Positions 7,121 through 11,308 of a stretch of DNA of 11,308 nt are shown in pieces. Numbering within the stretch: the first letter of the stretch is position 1; each line of letters starts with the position of its first letter. Both the position numbers and the translations under genes were made by a program. Source of the stretch: Candidatus Hodarchaeota archaeon (lineage in GTDB: Archaea > Asgardarchaeota > Heimdallarchaeia > Hodarchaeales > Hodarchaeaceae). Location: NCBI GenBank assembly GCA_029856365.1, contig JAHQWW010000125.1:1-11308 (forward strand), written 5' to 3'. Under the pieces are notes generated by a model. The model did not search any database, was not told the origin of the DNA, and saw only the letters and a list, made by a program, of their open reading frames with translations.

Positions 7121-8026
7121 ATGTGCCGCTTATTGGGTCTTTGGGCGAATCAAAACCACAAAAAGTCTTCTAGACATTTATTGAAATACTGGTTTAGTGC
7201 TTGGCTGGATTCTACGAAGAAGGATCACTACTTAAACAGAGTTTATGGCGTTCCAGAAGGGAATTGTGTCCACAAGGATGGCTGGGGTATTGTAACTCTT
7301 GGAACTGATCATGATTATAAGATAATATGGGAACACAAAAATCAAGATCTAAAACCTGCTTTCTCTTACAGAAAAAACAGTCTAGCTCGGTTGGTCATAG
7401 GATCTCCTCTTCTCAAATCAACACATCAAATTTTGTTAGCTCATGCAAGAAGGGCAAGTGTAAATACGCCAGTATCCTTGCAACAAGTACAACCATTACT
7501 GATTCATGATGAAAAAAGTTCAAGAAAGGTCTTTCTTAGCCACAACGGTACCCTCAATTCAAAGATTCTCAACGATATATTAGATACCGAATTACATCCA
7601 ATCTCAGTTCAAGTTAATGATTTCTCTGACACTCAATTGTTAAGCTGGTATATCAGACAAAAACTAGAAAATAACTCTAGTAAAAGCAGTATTGAGCATT
7701 TTTGGATTCCAATTTTACAAGAAATTATTGATAAGCATCAAGAAGACAACACAAATTACCAAATGCAACTAATAATTTTGGAAATTACCGAAAATAATCC
7801 ACAATTAATCATTTGTTCTGCATTAAGTGATAAATCAAAAAGATTAATGCCCTATTATCGGTTATTTATTGGAAAAAAGGGGGAATTTCGGGTAATATGT
7901 TCTTCTACGATCGTTGATTACTTTAAAAGTGACCATAAATCTATCAACTGGAGTTTAGATCCAATATCAAACAAAACTCTTGTTAATCTTACCTCTGAGG
8001 GCGAATTTTACCATAAATTCTCATAA
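7121..8026 (+). CDS. Class II glutamine amidotransferase / Ntn amidohydrolase (YafJ/EgtC/Dug3-like)
   Basis: 301 aa. The N-terminal M-C-R-L places the Cys nucleophile at position 2. Motifs HKDGWG, LLAHARRAS, FLSHNGTL, SDTQ. Starts 3 bp after the cyclotransferase stop. Confidence 0.85.
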   Translation: MCRLLGLWANQNHKKSSRHLLKYWFSAWLDSTKKDHYLNRVYGVPEGNCVHKDGWGIVTLGTDHDYKIIWEHKNQDLKPAFSYRKNSLARLVIGSPLLKSTHQILLAHARRASVNTPVSLQQVQPLLIHDEKSSRKVFLSHNGTLNSKILNDILDTELHPISVQVNDFSDTQLLSWYIRQKLENNSSKSSIEHFWIPILQEIIDKHQEDNTNYQMQLIILEITENNPQLIICSALSDKSKRLMPYYRLFIGKKGEFRVICSSTIVDYFKSDHKSINWSLDPISNKTLVNLTSEGEFYHKFS

Positions 8027-8065
8027 TCGACAGTGAAGATCCTAATTTTTAACATTTAGTGAATT

Positions 8066-9010
8066 TTATAGTGGAAATCTTTTCATTCGGCTGTTAACCA
8101 TTTGGATGCCATATTTAACCATTTTAGGAATCCTACCTTCTAATCCAGTTTGAATATATATCAAACCAGCACAACAATATAGGAATTTCATCCTGTTTTT
8201 AAAATTCCGATCTTTGACTCCATTATAATTAGCTAATAAATGATTCAAAAAGAATCCACCTTCGTCATAAAATACGAAGTCTCCTGCTGGATCATAAATA
8301 CCTGTTTCCTCAAAATCTATTATTCCTGTTACTTCAAACGTTAAAGGATCAACCAAAACATTTGATGTATCAAAATCTCTATGAACAACACATGGAATAA
8401 AATCAAAGTTCTTCTTCTCATCTAAAAATTGAAGAAATATTTGGGATACCCATTTTTTTTGTTGAGTGTCTAGCAAAGGATAAGCGTTTTCCTGTACCAT
8501 TTTAAAATAATTTTGCCAATAACATTGATATTGAGAAGGATTAAAATCCTGTTCACTTTTCCAAGTCGTACAGATTCTCTGATACACTTTTCGAGAGTGA
8601 AGTTCCGAGAGAAATCTTCCAAGTTGAATAGCAATATTTTCTTGATCAATTTTAGTGGTTCTGTTAAAACATCTGGATAAGGAGATTCCATTAATTTTTT
8701 TATAACCCATAAAAGGGTTATTTGAATCAGTTGAAACGTAGGTAGGTTTAGGTATTTGTAGAGTAATATTCTCACGGATTAGATCTAGAATTTTTAATTC
8801 CCGCTGAATTAAATTAAATCCTTTTTCACCACCAAAAAAGACTTTATCAGGAAATCGAAATATGTACCCTCCCTTAACCTCGAAAACATTATAACTCCCA
8901 TGATAATGAAATCTAATTTCATGCTCCCTGATATTTAGGGAACATGTCTTTAATAATCTCATTACTTCTGATAGAGAAATACTTGGTGGATTAGTTTCCT
9001 CATAAAACAT
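8066..9010 (-). CDS. Aminoglycoside phosphotransferase / choline kinase (APH) family protein; substrate unknown
   Basis: 314 aa. YIFRFP, RELKIL, IPKP, MGYKKINGISL, QLGRFLSELHS, catalytic loop VHRDFDTSNVLVD, metal-binding GIIDFE, then DPAGDF. Confidence 0.85.
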   Translation of the reverse strand: MFYEETNPPSISLSEVMRLLKTCSLNIREHEIRFHYHGSYNVFEVKGGYIFRFPDKVFFGGEKGFNLIQRELKILDLIRENITLQIPKPTYVSTDSNNPFMGYKKINGISLSRCFNRTTKIDQENIAIQLGRFLSELHSRKVYQRICTTWKSEQDFNPSQYQCYWQNYFKMVQENAYPLLDTQQKKWVSQIFLQFLDEKKNFDFIPCVVHRDFDTSNVLVDPLTFEVTGIIDFEETGIYDPAGDFVFYDEGGFFLNHLLANYNGVKDRNFKNRMKFLYCCAGLIYIQTGLEGRIPKMVKYGIQMVNSRMKRFPL

Positions 9011-9108
9011 TGAAAAAACCCTTGAGAATCTTATGGCTATTTACTGACTTTCTAGTTCCACTAAACAATTCTTTAAATGATCTCTTTAGACATATCTCAA
9101 GTACATTG

Positions 9109-9131
9109 AAGTGAATTTTAAAATTTCACTT
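9109..9131. promoter_or_regulatory. Near-perfect 23-bp palindrome (terminator hairpin or operator) between the lysE-like and APH-like genes
   Basis: AAGTGAA-TTTTAAAAT-TTCACTT, about 25 bp downstream of the LysE stop and about 100 bp upstream of the kinase start. Confidence 0.4.
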
Positions 9132-9156
9132 ATTAATGAAATCTTTTTATAGGATT

Positions 9157-9858
9157 CTATAATACAACATTTCCCACTGTGAGTATTGGCGAAATTGATA
9201 AGTATAAACCAAAAATAATCATAAATATGCTACAAATAATAATGATCCCAAGGTAAATTCTTTTCGTTAAGAACTTATTAGTAAAACCAAGTAAGGCTGC
9301 TATTGATACATACCAGAGGAAATCTCCAAGTTCATGCCCAAGAAAGAAGCTCCAAAATTCCAGATTCAAAAGACCCACTGAAAATTGAGTCATAAAATTG
9401 AGTCCTATAACAGCCCACCAAATCCACCAATAAGGGTTCGACATTGACACCAATATGCCTCCGAGGGTGGGTTGTTGAAGCAGGTTAATTGTTTTTTTTG
9501 TGTTTTCATTTTTCAGGATGATCTCATTCTCTGGTATCAAAAAATTAAAATCAATTTTCTTCAACCAAATATCTCTTAAGAGATTAATGCCGAAAAATAT
9601 CAGGATCCCACCACCCAGTAAACCAATTATGATAATAATAGATTGATCAGTAATAAAAGGAGACAAACCGATGAGTAAAACTAACATTAATATGAATTCT
9701 AAAATTGCATGACCAATCCAGATGAGAAGACCAATTAAATACGCTTTTCTTTTTGATTGAAGTGCTTTATAGATTGTATAAGTAAGCAAAGGGCCAGGTG
9801 ACATTGCTCCTGATAATGCAACGAGAAATGAAAGAAGAAAGATTTCAAAAAAACTCAT
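9157..9858 (-). CDS. LysE/RhtB family amino-acid/small-molecule exporter
   Basis: 233 aa with about six hydrophobic segments. Motifs ALSGAMSPGPL, GHAILE, GILVSMSNPYWWIWW, GHELGDFLWY. An RBS-like AGGAG lies at 9875-9871. Confidence 0.88.
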   Translation of the reverse strand: MSFFEIFLLSFLVALSGAMSPGPLLTYTIYKALQSKRKAYLIGLLIWIGHAILEFILMLVLLIGLSPFITDQSIIIIIGLLGGGILIFFGINLLRDIWLKKIDFNFLIPENEIILKNENTKKTINLLQQPTLGGILVSMSNPYWWIWWAVIGLNFMTQFSVGLLNLEFWSFFLGHELGDFLWYVSIAALLGFTNKFLTKRIYLGIIIICSIFMIIFGLYLSISPILTVGNVVL

Positions 9859-9945
9859 TAAGATTATTGGCTCCTAATAACAATATTTACGATCAAAGAT
9901 ATTATTTTTTATGTTGAAAGAATCTTTCGGTAGTATTGAAATAAA

Positions 9946-11067
9946 ATGGAAAAGAAAGAAGGTCACCTATCTTATCGGCGAACTCCGATTGAAAAGGAAT
10001 CACCAGAAGAGTTTGGGTACGAGAGAATTAAGTATAATCTTGCAGAAAGCTCTGTTCCCGATTTTGTCCTTGGGAATCTTGATCTCGACTTAACTGATCT
10101 CGCACTCAGTTACACTGATCATTTGGGTAATCCTCACCTTAGACAAAACATCGCAGGAGAATGGGTCAATCCAGAGCACGTTTTGATAACAACAGGAGCT
10201 GCAGGTGCATTATTTATTATTGCTACGTCTCTTCTGAAGTCAAGTGATCATGTTGTGATTTTACATCCGAATTATGTTGCGAATCTTGAATCTCCGCGGG
10301 CTATTGGTTGTCAGATGGATTATCTGAGATTAACAATGGAGGAACAATTTCAATTTGACCTTAATAAGCTGGAACAGTTGATTCAACCTAATACACGTCT
10401 TATTAGTCTTACATACCCCCAAAATCCCACTGGAACAATGATTACTGAATCTGAGTTGAGTGAAATCATTTCAATGATAGAGTCTAAAGGGATTTACTTA
10501 TTATTAGATGAAACATATAGAGAGATGACCCCTGAGCCTCTTCCAATAGCTGGCTCATTAAGTGAAAATGTAATTAGTGTTTCCTCTTTTTCCAAGGCAT
10601 ATGGTTTACCTGGTATCCGATTAGGTTGGTTGATTAATCAGAATAAAGAATTAATGGAGACTTTCTTAGCTGGAAAAGAGTTAATCTTTATTTGCAATTC
10701 TATCGTCGATGAGGAAATCGGGGCGTATTTTCTAGCAAGAAAAAGAGAATTTTTAACAGGGATTCAAAAACATGTAAACATTAACTTAGAAATATTGAAT
10801 AATTGGATAGAAAGTAATGATTACATGGAATGGGTAAAACCAAGTGGTGGTGTCATTTGTTTTCCGAGAATAAAACAAGATATCAATATCGATCTTGAAA
10901 AGTTCTATAAAGTTCTAAAACACACTTACAAAACTTTTGTAGCACCTGGTCACTGGTTTGAAGTAGATAAACGGTTTATGCGCATTGGTTATGGTTATCC
11001 CAACCGACAAGAACTTGAGGGGGGTCTTCAATCTATTACAAAAGCTATTCAGGAGAGCATAATTTAG
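9946..11067 (+). CDS. PLP-dependent aminotransferase, class I/II fold
   Basis: 373 aa. YNLAESS, VLITTGAAGAL, PNY, PQNPTG, LLLDETYRE, PLP-lysine motif SFSKAYGLPGIRLGW, PGHWF, FMRIGYG. Confidence 0.92.
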   Translation: MEKKEGHLSYRRTPIEKESPEEFGYERIKYNLAESSVPDFVLGNLDLDLTDLALSYTDHLGNPHLRQNIAGEWVNPEHVLITTGAAGALFIIATSLLKSSDHVVILHPNYVANLESPRAIGCQMDYLRLTMEEQFQFDLNKLEQLIQPNTRLISLTYPQNPTGTMITESELSEIISMIESKGIYLLLDETYREMTPEPLPIAGSLSENVISVSSFSKAYGLPGIRLGWLINQNKELMETFLAGKELIFICNSIVDEEIGAYFLARKREFLTGIQKHVNINLEILNNWIESNDYMEWVKPSGGVICFPRIKQDINIDLEKFYKVLKHTYKTFVAPGHWFEVDKRFMRIGYGYPNRQELEGGLQSITKAIQESII

Positions 11068-11071
11068 ATTA

Positions 11072-11308
11072 TTACATTCGTTCTATTTTGGCTGTTTTCT
11101 GTAAATTTCTCAACTTTTTAGTTACATCAAGACGTGCGCACAAAACTTCCAGATATTCCCATTTTATTGTCTCTTTCTGAGCAAGTATTACTACTAAAGC
11201 GTCTTCCAGATCTCTTTCCGAACCAAATTTTAATTTATGGGCAATTAAATTTTCTGGGGAGCAAAAATTAATCGTTGTTCCTTTATAGTCCACATTTTTA
11301 GCTGTTGA
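11072..11308 (-). CDS. C-terminal part of a putative nucleotidyltransferase-fold protein (DUF6036/AbiEii-like); 5'-truncated by the window
   Basis: The frame stays open to the window edge (STAKNVDYKG...). The motif SPENLIAHKLKFGSERDLEDA matches the s-x-E-D/N-L-I-x-x-K-L...r-x-x-D-x-x-D helix pattern of this group, followed by IKWEYL. Confidence 0.6.
   Translation of the reverse strand, partial: STAKNVDYKGTTINFCSPENLIAHKLKFGSERDLEDALVVILAQKETIKWEYLEVLCARLDVTKKLRNLQKTAKIERM

Noticed and set aside
5257-8026. Ergothioneine biosynthesis (egtA/egtC)
   Set aside because: The ligase and class II GATase families match, but no EgtB, EgtD or EgtE-like gene is in the cluster, and a cyclotransferase is not part of that pathway. 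Gene symbols were not assigned.
8066-9010. Bona fide aminoglycoside resistance gene or integron cassette
   Set aside because: Only family-level kinase motifs are visible. I found no recognisable attC core sites or integrase, and the substrate cannot be inferred.
9864-9880. Hairpin sequestering the LysE ribosome-binding site
   Set aside because: The stem is short, AT-only and mismatched on the transcribed strand, so it is too weak to support.
7327-10093. Alternate-frame ORFs 7327..7509, 8470..8775 and 9911..10093
   Set aside because: Same-strand out-of-frame overlaps with intact motif-bearing genes. The host genes show no sign of a frameshift.
1-11308. CRISPR array, tRNA/rRNA, transposase, selenocysteine or other recoding
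   Set aside because: No regularly spaced repeat-spacer pattern, no GC-rich structured RNA-like segment, no transposase motifs, and no in-frame stop splitting a conserved domain were seen.

Overview
An AT-rich, gene-dense window, most likely from an archaeal chromosome. GGTGA/GGAGG-type ribosome-binding sites, TATA-like boxes and a sequon-rich repeat surface protein point to an Asgard-like host, but the taxonomy is inference only. From left to right: (1) a 3'-truncated minus-strand secreted protein with ~183-aa tandem domains (1..1293), which the ORF track missed; (2) a translationally coupled redox trio of a CCG/Fe-S protein, a VAO/GlcD-fold FAD oxidoreductase and a GlcF/HdrD-like Fe-S protein; (3) a co-oriented 'gamma-glutamyl' trio of a GCS2/YbdK-type carboxylate-amine ligase with an unexplained C-terminal domain, an AIG2-like gamma-glutamylcyclotransferase and a class II (Ntn) amidotransferase/amidohydrolase; (4) an APH/choline-kinase-family phosphotransferase bracketed by an 11-bp direct repeat; (5) a LysE-family exporter divergent from a class I/II PLP aminotransferase; (6) the C-terminal end of a probable nucleotidyltransferase-fold protein. 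I saw no RNA genes, CRISPR arrays or transposases. The best candidate for an undescribed system is the ligase + cyclotransferase + Ntn-hydrolase 'writer plus two erasers' module, which may be functionally tied to the upstream non-canonical flavin/Fe-S dehydrogenase.
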